Positions 52,674-64,000 of a stretch of DNA of 64,000 nucleotides are shown in pieces. Position numbers and translations under genes: made by a program. Within the stretch, counting starts at the first letter, position 1, and every line of letters begins with the position of its first letter. Where the stretch lies: the NCBI RefSeq assembly GCF_009834535.1, contig NC_045698.1, positions 12,960,001 through 13,024,000 on the forward strand. The letters run 5' to 3'. The stretch comes from Camelus ferus. Its lineage: Eukaryota. The notes under the pieces were generated by a model. It saw only the letters and a list, made by a program, of their open reading frames with translations, made no database searches and had not been told where the DNA came from.

Positions 52674-54843
52674 TTTTACTTTCTATTATTTAAAAATTTA
52701 TTGCTTTTTTAAAACTTTTTTTATTGAGTTAAAGTCATTTTACAGTGTTGTGTCAAATTCCAGTGTAGAGCACAATTTTCCGGTTGTACATGAACATACA
52801 TATATTCATTGTCACATTTTTTTTTTCACTGTGAGCTACCACAAGATCTTGTATGTATTTCCCTGTGCTATACAGTATAATCTTGTTTATCTATTCTGCA
52901 TATGCTTGTCGGTATCTACAAATTTTGAAATCCCAGTCTTTCCCTTCCCACCCCTTGCCCCTTTGGCAACCACAAGTTTGTATTCTATGTCTATGAGTCT
53001 GTTTCTGTTTTGCATTTATGTTTTTTTGTTTTTGTTGTTTTTTTTTGTTTGTTTGTTTTTTTAGATTCCACATACGAGCAATCTCATATGGTATTTTTCT
53101 TTCTCTTTCTGGCTTACTTCACTTAGAATGACATAATCCAGGAGCATCCATGTTGCTGCAAATGGCATTATATTGTCAGCTTTTATGGCTGAATAGTATT
53201 CCATTGTGTAAATATAACACAGCTTCTTTATCCAGTCATCTGTTGATGGACATTTAGGCTGTTTCCATATCTTGGCTATTGTAAATAGTGCTGCTATGAA
53301 CATTGGGGTGCAGCTGTCTTTTTGAAGTAGGGTTCCTTCTGGATATATGCCCAGGAGTGGGATTCCTGGGTCATAAGGTAAGTCTATTCCTAGTCTTTTG
53401 AGGAATCTCCATTACTGTTTTCCACAGTGGCTGCACCAAACTGCATTCCCACCAGCAGTGTAGGAGGGTTCCCTTTTCTCCACAGCCTCTCCAGCATTTG
53501 TCATTTGTGGACTTTTGAATGATGGCCATTCTGACTGATGTGAGGTCATACCTCATTGTAGCTTTGATTTGCATTTCTCTGATAATTAGTGATATTGAGC
53601 ATTTTTTCATGTGCCTATTGATCATTTGCATTTCTTCCTTGGAGAATTGCTTGTTTAGGTCTTCTGCCCGTTTTTGGATTGGGTTGTTTGTTTTTTTCTT
53701 ATTAAGTCGTATGAGCTGCCTATATATTCTGGAGATCAAGCCTTTGTCGGTTTCATTTGGAAAAATTTTCTCCCATTTCATAAGTTGTCATTTTTTACTT
53801 ATGGTTTTCTTTGCTGTGCAGAATTTTGTGAGTTTAACTAGGTCCCATTTGTTTATTTTTGCTTTTATTTCTATTGTTTGGGTAGACTGCCCTAGGAGAA
53901 CAGTTTTGAGATGTATGTCAGATAATGTTTTGCCTATATTTTCTTCTAAGAGGTTTCTTGTATCTTGTCTGATGTTTAAGTCTTTGATCCATTTTGAGTT
54001 TATCTTTGTGTATGGTGTAAGGGAGTGTTCATTGATTTACATGAACATGTCCAGTTTTCCCAACACCATTTGCTGAAGAGACTGTCTTTATTCCATTGTA
54101 TATTCTTGCCTCCTTTGTCGAAGATTAGTTGACCAAAAGTTTGTGGGTTCTTTTCTGGGCTCTCTATTCTGTTCTATTGGTCCATATGTCTGCTTTTGTA
54201 CCAATGCCATGCTGTTTTGATGACTGTAGCTCTATAGTATTGTCTGAAGTCTGGGAGAGTTATTCCTCCAGCCTCTTTCTTTCTCTTCAGTAATGCTTTG
54301 GCAATTCTAGGTCTTTTGTGGTTCCATATAAATTTTATTATGAGTTGTTCTAGTTCTGTGAAATATGTCCTGGGTAATTTGATAGAGATTGCATTAAATC
54401 TGTAGATTGCCTTGGGCAGTGTGACCATTTTAACAGTATTGATTCTTCCAATCCAGGAGCATGGGATATCTTTCCATTTTTTAAAGTCTTCTTTAATTTC
54501 CTTAATCAGTGTTTTATAGTTTTCCATGTAAAAGTCTTTCACCTCCTTGGTTAGATTTATTCCTAGGTATTTTATTACTTTGGGTGCTATTTTAAAGCAG
54601 ATTATTTCTTTACTTTCTTTTTCTGTTGATTCATTGTTAGTGTAAAGAAATGCAACTGATTTTTGAGTGTTAATCTTGTAACCTGCTACCTTGCTGAATT
54701 CTTCAATTATTTCTAGTAGTTTTTGTGTGGACCTTTTAGGGTTTACTATATATGGTATCATGCCATCTGCATATAGTGACACTTTTACCTCTTCTTTTCC
54801 AATTAGGATCCCTTTTATTTCTCTCTCTTGCCTGATTACTGTG
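52674..54843 (-). mobile_element. Young 5'-truncated L1 (~2.2 kb; RT to C-terminal ORF2 with frameshifts, 3' UTR, A-tail)
   Basis: ORFs 54174..54851 ([10 protein letters not shown]...SLYADGMI...[10 protein letters not shown]...AGGITLPDF), 53371..53781 ([19 protein letters not shown]) and 53061..53303. Candidate TSD TGTGGTAATTTTT (52661-52673) / TGTGGCAATTCTT (54844-54856). Confidence 0.97.
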
Positions 54844-55444
54844 TGTGGCAATTCTTAAGTCATTGTCTCTCAGCTTCAACTCCATTCTCTCCACTCTGCT
54901 TGCTGATCCTGGAGCTGGAACTCAGAATTGCATTTCTGCCCTGTCAACAGTCTTTCCATTTGGCTCTGCCAATAAAAGGTATGAGAGGAAGGTCGCAAGG
55001 CTGGAGGAGGAAGAGACTTGTTCCTTCCTGTCTGCCTTACATGAGCTTCCTGTCTGCTTGTACTTCATGTGAGCATCACTGCTACATTTCCTCACCCCCA
55101 GGGCAACAGTTATTTCCATAGCAGAGGCTGAATTGAATCAGCAATTTTGCCAACAGTTGCAGAATCAGCCTCGCCATTCTTTCCATCCAGGGACACCAAT
55201 TCAGTCCCTCCTGAGAGATTTGCGTTTCATATCCCAGAGGCCCCTCCTTTAAGTTTCTAAGATTTTTGCCATTGCTCTCTCGTTTCCTGGGCATGTCTGC
55301 TGATGGTTGTTTCACATAGTTGCTACCTCCATGATAGATACCTTAGCATTTCCTTTTCCCCCTTTTTACTTAGTCAATGATTTCTTAATTCTCTCCATTT
55401 AAGTAGCTGGTGTGGTTTCAGTCAAATTGTCCCTGGCTGATAAA
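54844..55444 (+). mobile_element. LTR33-like ERVL solo LTR
   Basis: 'tgtctctcagcttcaactccattct...gcatttctgccctgtcaacag...ggctctgccaata...aaggctggaggagg' and 3' 'gctggtgtggtttc...ccctggctgata' match the recalled LTR33 layout. Confidence 0.75.
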
Positions 55445-57039
55445 TACTTTCACACAAACAAAGATTTTTCTTTAATTCTCAGGAGGTTAACTGATCACAG
55501 GTTAAGAAGTGCTTAATCAGTGGATCTCTAAATTTATGTCTGTTCTAAAATTCAGTGATTTTTAAGGATATGTGATCAGGGACATAATAAAGACAGAAAA
55601 TGATCAATGAAAATATTAGTGAAAATGTGAGAAATAATTGTGAAGATGTAAAACAATCATCAAGACTATTCTGTACCTATTTTGAACCAGGAATGGATTA
55701 TAAACAGAAGTGATTATTTATAGGGAAGTAGAGGAGAAAAAGGAACATTTGTATGGGATGGAAGTGGGGGAGTAGTCTTGGCATATGGTCCGTAGGAATA
55801 GAAGACAGATTTTGACCAGCTGAAGGCAACAGGAAGCAGATGAGTTAAAAAAAAACAAAACACATCTTTACCAAAATATATTTTTTTATAAGTGCATGTA
55901 CTAGAACTACGAAGAAAATTTTTAAAAATAACCACATACCTGTGGAGTCACTCTTGATATGCCACAGTATTTCTTATCACAGAAATACAGTTGTTCAAAT
56001 TTAGCACCCAAAAGAGATTTGCGGCAAGATTCTGGCAGTCATTTCTGCACATCCATAACTGTCAGTGGAGTAATTGCATTGTCACTATTAGGAGGTGGTT
56101 ATCGGCATGTTGCTTTTATAACAGAGGAGCTCCTATTTGTGACATCTCAATTCTCCCACTCCCTTCTTTTTTTCTGACAATAGAAAAAAAGTCACCATAC
56201 ATATCTGGGGTTAGGGGCCAGAGATTGCAAAAAAGCGAAAAACCCAGCCCCTTCCCCTGAGGGTCTGATTTCAAGTAAGGGAGACCTAATCAAATGTAAT
56301 AAGACTTGAGTAAGCCACGTAAGAAAGTAAAGGGAGAAATGAGTGCTAGCACTCAAGGTGGTCCAGGACACAGTAATGACTGGTCGTTCTCATTGTCTTT
56401 CCAAATATGGTCTCCTGTCTGCAGACAAGAGATAAGTCGCATCTTAGAAACATCCTTTCACTGTTGCAACTCATTGCATGAAGTCTATTGTTTCAGACTG
56501 TGTAACATTCAATAGGGTAAGAAAAAGAAAAAAAATAATTTGGAACATCTTATTCTGCCCTTTAGTCCAGGACACTGGAGATGGGGCTGAGTGATAAGAA
56601 GCCCTGTGGGACCATCCTTAGGGCAACACAATTCAAAGTGACTGCTACTCCCTTAACTGCTACTCCTGTAAAAAAAGAAAAAACACACCAAAAGGAGAAG
56701 TGTTTAGAAGGGAAACCTAATCAGTTTATACATTACCCCAAAGAAAATGCTCCACTCCTTCCTATGTGAAATGGAGAAGATAATGAGCTAGTTTTATTAT
56801 ATTAGAGACTGGTTAATTTAATTTAATTTAATTTTGCCCCCAATGATTGGGGAGCAGGCGGTGTCATCACCTTTCTAATCATACTTTGCATCCCTTCCTG
56901 TCCCCTTTAGTCAACTCTCTTGAGCCAACAGCGTAGGTCCACGCACAGCAAGGTCCAGGCTGTCAGGTTCAGCGTGGTAGCCTCGGACCTCTTGTAATTA
57001 TTGAAATTTAAGTTGATTTAATGAAAAGCATTTTTAAAG

Positions 57040-57130
57040 AAGATTTTAGCTTTTTGCTTCATTGAACTGGCCAATTTTCAAGTGTTCAATAGTCACATGT
57101 GACCCGTGGCTGCATCTTAGATAATACAAC
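57040..57130. mobile_element. MER3/MER33-like hAT fragment
   Basis: 'tttcaagtgttcaatagtcacatgtgacccgtggctgc'. Confidence 0.6.
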
Positions 57131-57524
57131 ATTCAGCAGCTTGGTGTTCCAAAGAACGCTTCTATCATTTCAGAAATGTAGAAGTGTAGACTCTAAAGCA
57201 TCGACCTAATAACTATTCTGTGAAAGTGTCTTTCTTCCATTTTTCATCCTTATTAACCCAGTGTGATAAAAAAAAATTAGTGCTTGTAACAGATAATGTT
57301 TTTCCAATTGCCACAGTAGTAATTGTTGTGGAAGAGATGGAAGACTTAATAATGCCTCCAGTAGCATATTCAAAGCATTATAGCTGAAGCGTTACACTGC
57401 AGAATGACAGACAACGTGTTTTCCAAAGACTTGAAACAGAAGATTTGGGACTCATTTGCAGGGACTTGCCTTATGAAGTAGCAGTGCCACCAAGTGTTGG
57501 GTGAAAGAGGTTAAATCTTTGAAA

Positions 57525-57741
57525 CTCCTATATATAAAATAGATAAACAGCAAGGACCTACTGTATAGCACAGGGAACTATATTCAGCATTCTGTAATAA
57601 CCTAGAATGAAAAAGAAAAAAATACGCATATATATATATATATGACTGAATCACTATGCTGTACACCAGAAATTAATGCACCATTGTAAATCAACTATGC
57701 TTCAATTAAAAATAAGTAAATAAAAATAAAATAAAATAAAA
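57525..57741 (+). mobile_element. L1 3' UTR terminal fragment (cetartiodactyl type)
   Basis: 'atagataaacagcaaggacctactgtatagcacagggaactatattca...tgaatcactatgctgtacaccagaaatt' plus an (AAAAT)n tail; same type as 22665-22769. Confidence 0.9.
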
Positions 57742-59287
57742 TTTGCTAAGCTTTAAAAACAATTTTTGAAAGATATATGATAACATTCTGATTTAAAAGA
57801 ATTAAGAAAATTAGTCATATTGGCTATTAAGCCTTATAGAATCACAATTCAAAGCCTTATATATCATTATTCATTTATCACTGATTTTAGAACATAGTAA
57901 GATTGGATATAGTTACAAATATACTGCACTTATTATCCCTTTTATTCAGATAAAAGAGAGATACAGCATAGCAATTTGGATTGGCTTGATGATTTTCTCC
58001 TTTGGTTGGCTCATGTTTAGATACTCTGAAACATACAACCCTCAACTGCAATTCCATGTGACGTGCATCTAAGGATGAATTCTTAAATCAGTGGCATTGC
58101 CTGTGATCTTCTACATCTTTCTGGTTCTTTTTCATTTTCCCAGTCCTCACAACCTAACTTCCCTTCCTGCACATTTGCAGATCACAGTCTGTCTCTGTGG
58201 AAATTTCCATCCAAATGATGACTTGCATTTTAAGACTGGAAAAACCATAGGCAGAAAAATGGTGGTTTTTATTTCCTGGGTTGTCTTTATCACAGATTGA
58301 AGGAGGAAAGTCCAGGGCTTCTCCATCTTTTTTTTTTATAACTGCAGCAAAAGCCTATTTCACTTGTCCTCTGTTGCCATGGTTACAAGCTTTCCCATTC
58401 CAACAGGTCAATACAAGCTTTCAGTTTACATAAGGTCATGGGTAATTCATCTCAGCATTGCGCTAACAAAAACCCAGCTCTTCTCTCCTCATGTAAGAGG
58501 ATAATCTATCAAGCCCCTGAAAGCACAATTAGTTCTGATTTCCATAATTTATTATTCTCAGTCTCATTCTCTTGTTTGTGGCTTTGTGCTAATGTTCAAG
58601 TACTTCAAATAAAAGACAGGTTTTGGTACTATAGCAACCTTAACAGTTCCCTATACCACTAAAGCTCTAAATTGGCTATTTTGCTAGCAACACTCCATTT
58701 ATTTTATAATGAATATATTTAATAAAGCTATTATTTAATTAGGCATCACTTAAAAAGTATAATACAGGTCAAGTGGGAGAAATTTTGGCCAAGTATTAAG
58801 ACATCTACTGATACATTGTTCTCATTGTTCACCAGCGACAGGTATGTTGTTGGCTTTTAAATGCCCAGTAAGAGCAAATAATGGAAATCAAGATATTAAC
58901 TTCATTGAAGGTATGGTCAGATGGAATTCTGTTTCTTCGGGGCAGAACAAAAGATTTTGAGCTCGGGTAGTGGCAGGGAATGAATGAGAATCCTTGTAAT
59001 GAGAGGCAGAGGAAAGATTATCCATTATATATGAGAACAGATTTTATGTGAATAGATTGAAAAAAGCACACATGCATGTACACACATAAGCACACAATAT
59101 ATCCAGCCTTTTCTTAGAAAGGGATGGTTTTCTATTCATATTTTTATTTGCATAAAATATGGATCAGGAAGGTAACAAAAAGGTGAACACTAAGGAGTGG
59201 TGAGGACTTTGGTGAACTGAAAGGCCCGATTCATATAAAAGTGTTCCCCCCGACGTTTTTCAACTTTTCGGTAACTGTAAACCGTAT

Positions 59288-59393
59288 AGGTAGTATAACC
59301 ATACATCCTCATATGCCTGGGACTGTCAGGTTTCATGTCCATGGTCATTTTCTAAAGCATCTTCATTTAGGTGGCAGATCACATGGTCACCCT
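59288..59393. mobile_element. MER81/MER94-like hAT-Blackjack remnant
   Basis: 'taaccatacatcctcatatgcctgggactgtc...catggtcacccta'. Confidence 0.55.
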
Positions 59394-60199
59394 ACAAACA
59401 CAACATAGAAGTGGAGCTCATTTATATCTGGGTGCCAGTTTGGAATCTCTTGTACTAAGGTTTCCCCAAACAGTGTGCTACATGATGACAGGTTAGTAGA
59501 AATCTTGTCCTAAAATGAAAGGAGGTTGTAAAAACAATTTTCAATTAATGGAAGAAATGTGATTTCTCTGATAAAAGGAAGCAGTGTCAATAGCATTGCT
59601 TTACTGAGAATTAAATTTTTCAAATGTTCTTACAATTGATAGCATTTGTAAATTTTTCAATGATTTGCCTAAGCTGGTTAAAACAGAGCTTTCACATACA
59701 TAAAGTGCAAGTATCTTCTGGACACCCCTATGTGTAATTATTCCTGCTTTATCTTCTTGGATTAATTCAGTAACTTTCACACTCTTTTTAGCCATTGAAA
59801 CTCCTTTTACAATAAATATTAGACAGACTCCCACTGTATAGTAGCAGAGAAGCTGTGACTGAAGTCTAAGAAGGTAGTGGAATGGAGGCATCTGAGCTGT
59901 TCTTGTTCTGCATCCCTTTGTCTACTCTGCATCCTTCCACCAAGGTGGCCCTAAGAACACTCTGTAGAACTCTAGCACTCTGAAAACATGATCTCAAAGA
60001 AACACCAGTCTAGTGGGAAAAATATGGACTTTAAAGTCAGACTTTGACCAGAATCCTCACTCAACGTTTAGAAATGGTGTGTCCCTGGATGTAGCTTAAA
60101 CTGGGTTACTCTCTGATAAACTTGAGATGTAGGGACGAAGTACAGAATTCATGATGTAATTAAATAGTATTTCTGATGCCTGTGGACCATTCTCAAGGT

Positions 60200-60375
60200 T
60201 TACCTTTCTGCTGTCTAGATTCTCACCCTGCCTGTGAATCTGAATCACTGGGGATCTTTTTTTAAATAGACATGTCATTTTCTACTCAAAACCTACTGAT
60301 GGAGGATCCTCAGTGTTTGGACCCATGAATCTGATTGTAAAACTGCCCAGTTGGCCACTGTTAAGAACGACTGCA
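60200..60375. mobile_element. MER5A-like hAT remnant
   Basis: 'ttctca...gaatcactggggatctttttt', 'cccatgaatctg', 'ttaagaacgactgc'. Confidence 0.5.
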
Positions 60376-62075
60376 CTGTATTCTCTTATACAAGTATTTT
60401 TTACCTCTGTCCAAAGTCTATGCATCCATCATCTCCCACTCTTCCCTTACGCCTGACTTGAAATATTTATCTGTGGATGGTAAATTGGATGACAGCACAA
60501 TCTCTTATAGCCAAGATGTCCATGTTCCAGCCCTGGTGCTACCAGTGATGAGCTAACACTGGACACTTTACATCTTTGGGCTCCAGTTGCTGTATCTGAA
60601 AAATGGGCTTGTGGCAAGCAGCAAATCAACATTTAGACTGGTGCCTAAAACATAGTAAGTAGTTCAAAATATTAATGCTCATTACCAAAATTACTTGGGT
60701 ATTCTTTTCTCTATCATTTTAAATCCAGCCTTGAACTCATTTTTTCTTTTCTTAAAAACAAAATAAAAAACACAAAAAGTCAAACACCCTTCAATTTGCA
60801 TAATTTTTAAAAATGAATAGCATTCTCTGAGTAATGCAGATTAAAAATTTTGGAGACATTTTATCCTTCCCTATTTGGCTTTTATGTGCCATAAGAGATG
60901 TGCTCTTGAACCTAGCATCTATAGTACAGAAATATCCAATTGACAAGGGCTTTTATCTTTTTATCTTTAATTCCATTCTTCAAATCTCTTTCTGAATAAT
61001 ATTCCTTGGTATCTATTTTATGATTATATCACTTCTTAAATCAAAGAGTATTTAAAATATTTCCAGTGCCTAACAAACAAAATACAGTGTCCTTAGCATG
61101 GATTTCAAATATAATCCTGATAAATGATTCAAAGAAGTAGAGGATGCCATGAGTGGAGCAGCCTTGCCATTGGTGGGCAATCTGAAATTGAACATTTTAT
61201 AAAGTTGTAATTCTTGATACCTTAGGAGAGCATTAACAGGTTTCTTATGTCAGCAATAAGTGAGATGTTTGTCTCTTTGATATGTAATCAGAATTGTTTT
61301 TACTTTTATCTACTACTCAAGTTTTGCCTACTCACAAAGTGGGTCTGTTCAGTGCTTCTCCAGTTATCTTGTCAATGGATATGTAGAAGTAGGTGGTGTT
61401 TCTAATTCCACTATTCTCTCCCTCTAGCACAATGTCGGATTCATCATAATCTTTGCAAAACTGTTTGTTGAATGAATACATGGATGAATGTAAGAGCAAT
61501 CGTCACTCTTTATTGAAATTAACAGACATAATTTAACTCTATTCTGTACATTTTTAGGTGAGGGCACTGATGTATTATTCTATATAGCTAGTATAGGAAT
61601 CATGGCTTTGAGACGTGTTTAGTATTAATGATGCTGAGAAAAATTTTCCCCTTCATTGTACTTTAACTGAATAACTGTTTTGTATACAAAGCATTTAAGG
61701 TACAAGTGTAGATACAGATAACAGTCCATGCATTTCTTGATAAGCTGAGGTCTAATTATAAGCCTTTTGCAGGTTAAGTGCATTGAGCATTCTCCATATG
61801 AATGTATGTATATGTCTTACACATAAGAAAACAGACTCATACATATACATTTGTAGGTATGTATGAGTGCATGATAGATGTATATAACAACACTAATAAA
61901 ATTGTAATTAAAATTATTATCATTATGAAGTACATAATAGTTCTAGACTGGACCAAAGGAAAATTATTACTTATTTTCTTCTTATGTTTAAATGCAGAAT
62001 TCTTACAGATACAAAAATTCTTTTGCTATAAATATGGTTCCAAAATACACAGAAGTCTTCCTCTTATAAAAGTGT

Positions 62076-63577
62076 ACCTAAACTGTACAGAAAACTATGA
62101 TGTCAGTTAAAAAAAATTGAAGACAACACAAACAATTGAAAAGATATACTGGGCTCATGAACTGGAAGAATTAATATTGTTAAAATGACCATAATCTCCA
62201 AGGCAATCTACAGATTCAATGCAATCCCTATCAAAATACCAATGGCATTTTTCACACAACTGAAAAAAGAATTCTAAAATTTGTATGGAAATGTAAAATA
62301 CCCTTAACAGCCAAAACAATCTTGAGAAAGAAGAACAAAGCTGGAGGTATCATGCTCTCTGATTTCAAACTAGATTACAGGGTATAGCCATCAAAACAGT
62401 ATGATATGAGCACAAAAACAAATACAGAGATCAATGGAACAGAATAGAGAGCCCAGAAATGAACCCACATTTACATGGTCAATTAATCTACAACAAAGAT
62501 GGCAAGAATATACAATGGTAGAAAAGATAGCCTCTTCCTACTGCTTTGTTCATTGCAGCATTATTCATAATAACCAGTATGGAAGCAACCTAAGTGCCCA
62601 TCCATAGATGAATGAATAAAGATGTGAGATAAATATATATGTGTATATATATACAAACACACACACATATATATATCACTTCTTAAATCAAAGAGTATTT
62701 AAAATGTATAATATATAATGGAATATTATTCAGCTATATAAAAGAATGGAATCTTGCCATTTGAGACAACATGGATGGGCCTAAAGGGTATTATGCTAAG
62801 TAAAATAATTCTAAGACAAATACCTTATGATTTCACTTATATGTGAAATCTAAAATGAATACAAATGAACAAAGATAACAAAATAGAAGCAGAGTCATAG
62901 ATACAGAGAACAAACAGATAGTTGCCAGAGGGGAGGAGGGAGAGGGGAGGAAAGAAAAAGATGAAGGAGAGGAAGTACAAACTTGCAGTTACAAAATAAA
63001 TGAGTCACAGGAATGAAATGTGCTTTGTCAATATAGTCAAAAACTGTTTAACAAATTTTATGTGATGTTGCAACTAGACCTACAGTGACCATTTTGAAAT
63101 ATATAGAAATGTCGAATCACAATGTCATGTAACAGGAACTAACGTGGTGTTGTAGGAAGACTATACTTCAAAACAAACAAGCAAGCAAACAAACTCGTAG
63201 GAAAAGAGATCAGATTTGTGGTTACCAGAGGCAGGGGTGGAGTGGGGGGGATTGGATGAAGGTGGTCAAAAGGTACAAAATTCCACTTATACGTTAAGTA
63301 AGTACTAGAGATGTAATATAAAACATGGTTAATATAATTAACACTGCTGCATGTTATATAGGAAAGTTGTTAAGAGAATAAATCCTAAGAGTTCTTATCA
63401 GCGGAAAAAAATTTTTTTTCTTTTATTTTATATTTATGAGATGATGGATGTTCACTAAATTTATTGTAGTCACAATTTCATGATGTAAGTCAAATCATTA
63501 TTCTGAACACCTTAAATTGATACAGTGTTTTCAATAAAATTTCAATAAAACTGAAAGAAAACAAATTAAAAAAAAAG
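62076..63577 (+). mobile_element. L1 (L1MA9-like) 3' portion with an internal deletion
   Basis: 'ggaagaattaatattgttaaaatgacc', 'gaacaaagctggaggtatcatgctc', 'gatcaatggaacagaatagagagcccag', then 3' UTR, AATAAA and A-tail. Confidence 0.93.
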
Positions 63578-64000
63578 AAAAGCTAAAAATGATACTAAAT
63601 AGAAGTTCAATAATGAAAAGGGCAATTGAAAGTTTTAATATGTATAACTCGGATTAGTATTCTAACTTAAACATGCAAGATTAGACTTGCTAAATAATAC
63701 TTTTCCTCTACTTGAGCTGTAAGGCAAAGCATTTTAATGTTAATCTATCATTTTTAACCAGCTTTACTTTTGGGATATTTAAAAATTTCTAACATGTTTG
63801 TTTTCCCTTGTGTTCTTTTTGCTCTTCAATCCTTTATTTTTCTTCCAATTATATTAGCCAGATGGCTTACAAGGATCCAGTTCTCAACCTTATGATGCCT
63901 TCAGTTGCTCACTTGATCCAAATTTCTGATATTTAAGGGAAAAAAATCTAGTAAGAATAAAGATCAGATAATTATGTTTCACATTTAAATTAGTTATTTC

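Noticed and set aside
16780..53470. Long inverted repeat between 16.8-17.5 kb and 52.7-53.5 kb as an inversion or giant element
   Set aside because: Each copy is an independent L1 insertion with its own TSD.
53519..54076. 185-aa hydrophobic ORF on the + strand
   Set aside because: Antisense reading of L1 ORF2, a common artefact.
1..64000. CRISPR array, operon, mitochondrial insertion or protein-coding gene
   Set aside because: No regularly spaced repeats, no prokaryotic gene density, no recognisable mitochondrial genes and no coherent chain of coding exons; small exons could be missed by eye.

Overview
AT-rich mammalian DNA, intergenic or deep intronic, with no protein-coding exon, RNA gene or CRISPR array that I can support. 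A tRNA-Ala-derived SINE and cetartiodactyl-style L1 3' UTRs, with no recognisable Alu, B1, Bov-A/BovB, PRE-1 or SINEC, suggest a camelid genome (inference). The window is a layered record of retroelements: two young 5'-truncated L1s with target-site duplications (TSDs), older L1, L2 and MIR remnants, MaLR LTRs, a decayed ERVL provirus with a solo LTR nested in gag, an ERV1-type element nested in an old L1, and small DNA-transposon remnants. Nearly all tracked ORFs are chance or repeat-derived; only L1 ORF2 pieces and ERVL protease/RT remnants are recognisable. I found no convincing novel biological system. The best leads are a perfect 34-bp templated copy inside a microsatellite, an unexplained ~625-bp insert splitting an L1, a composite LTR element with an internal polypurine tract, a possible short L1 3' transduction, palindromes at repeat junctions and enhancer-like blocks. 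Repeat family names come from recalled consensus similarity, not a search, and boundaries of old repeats are approximate.
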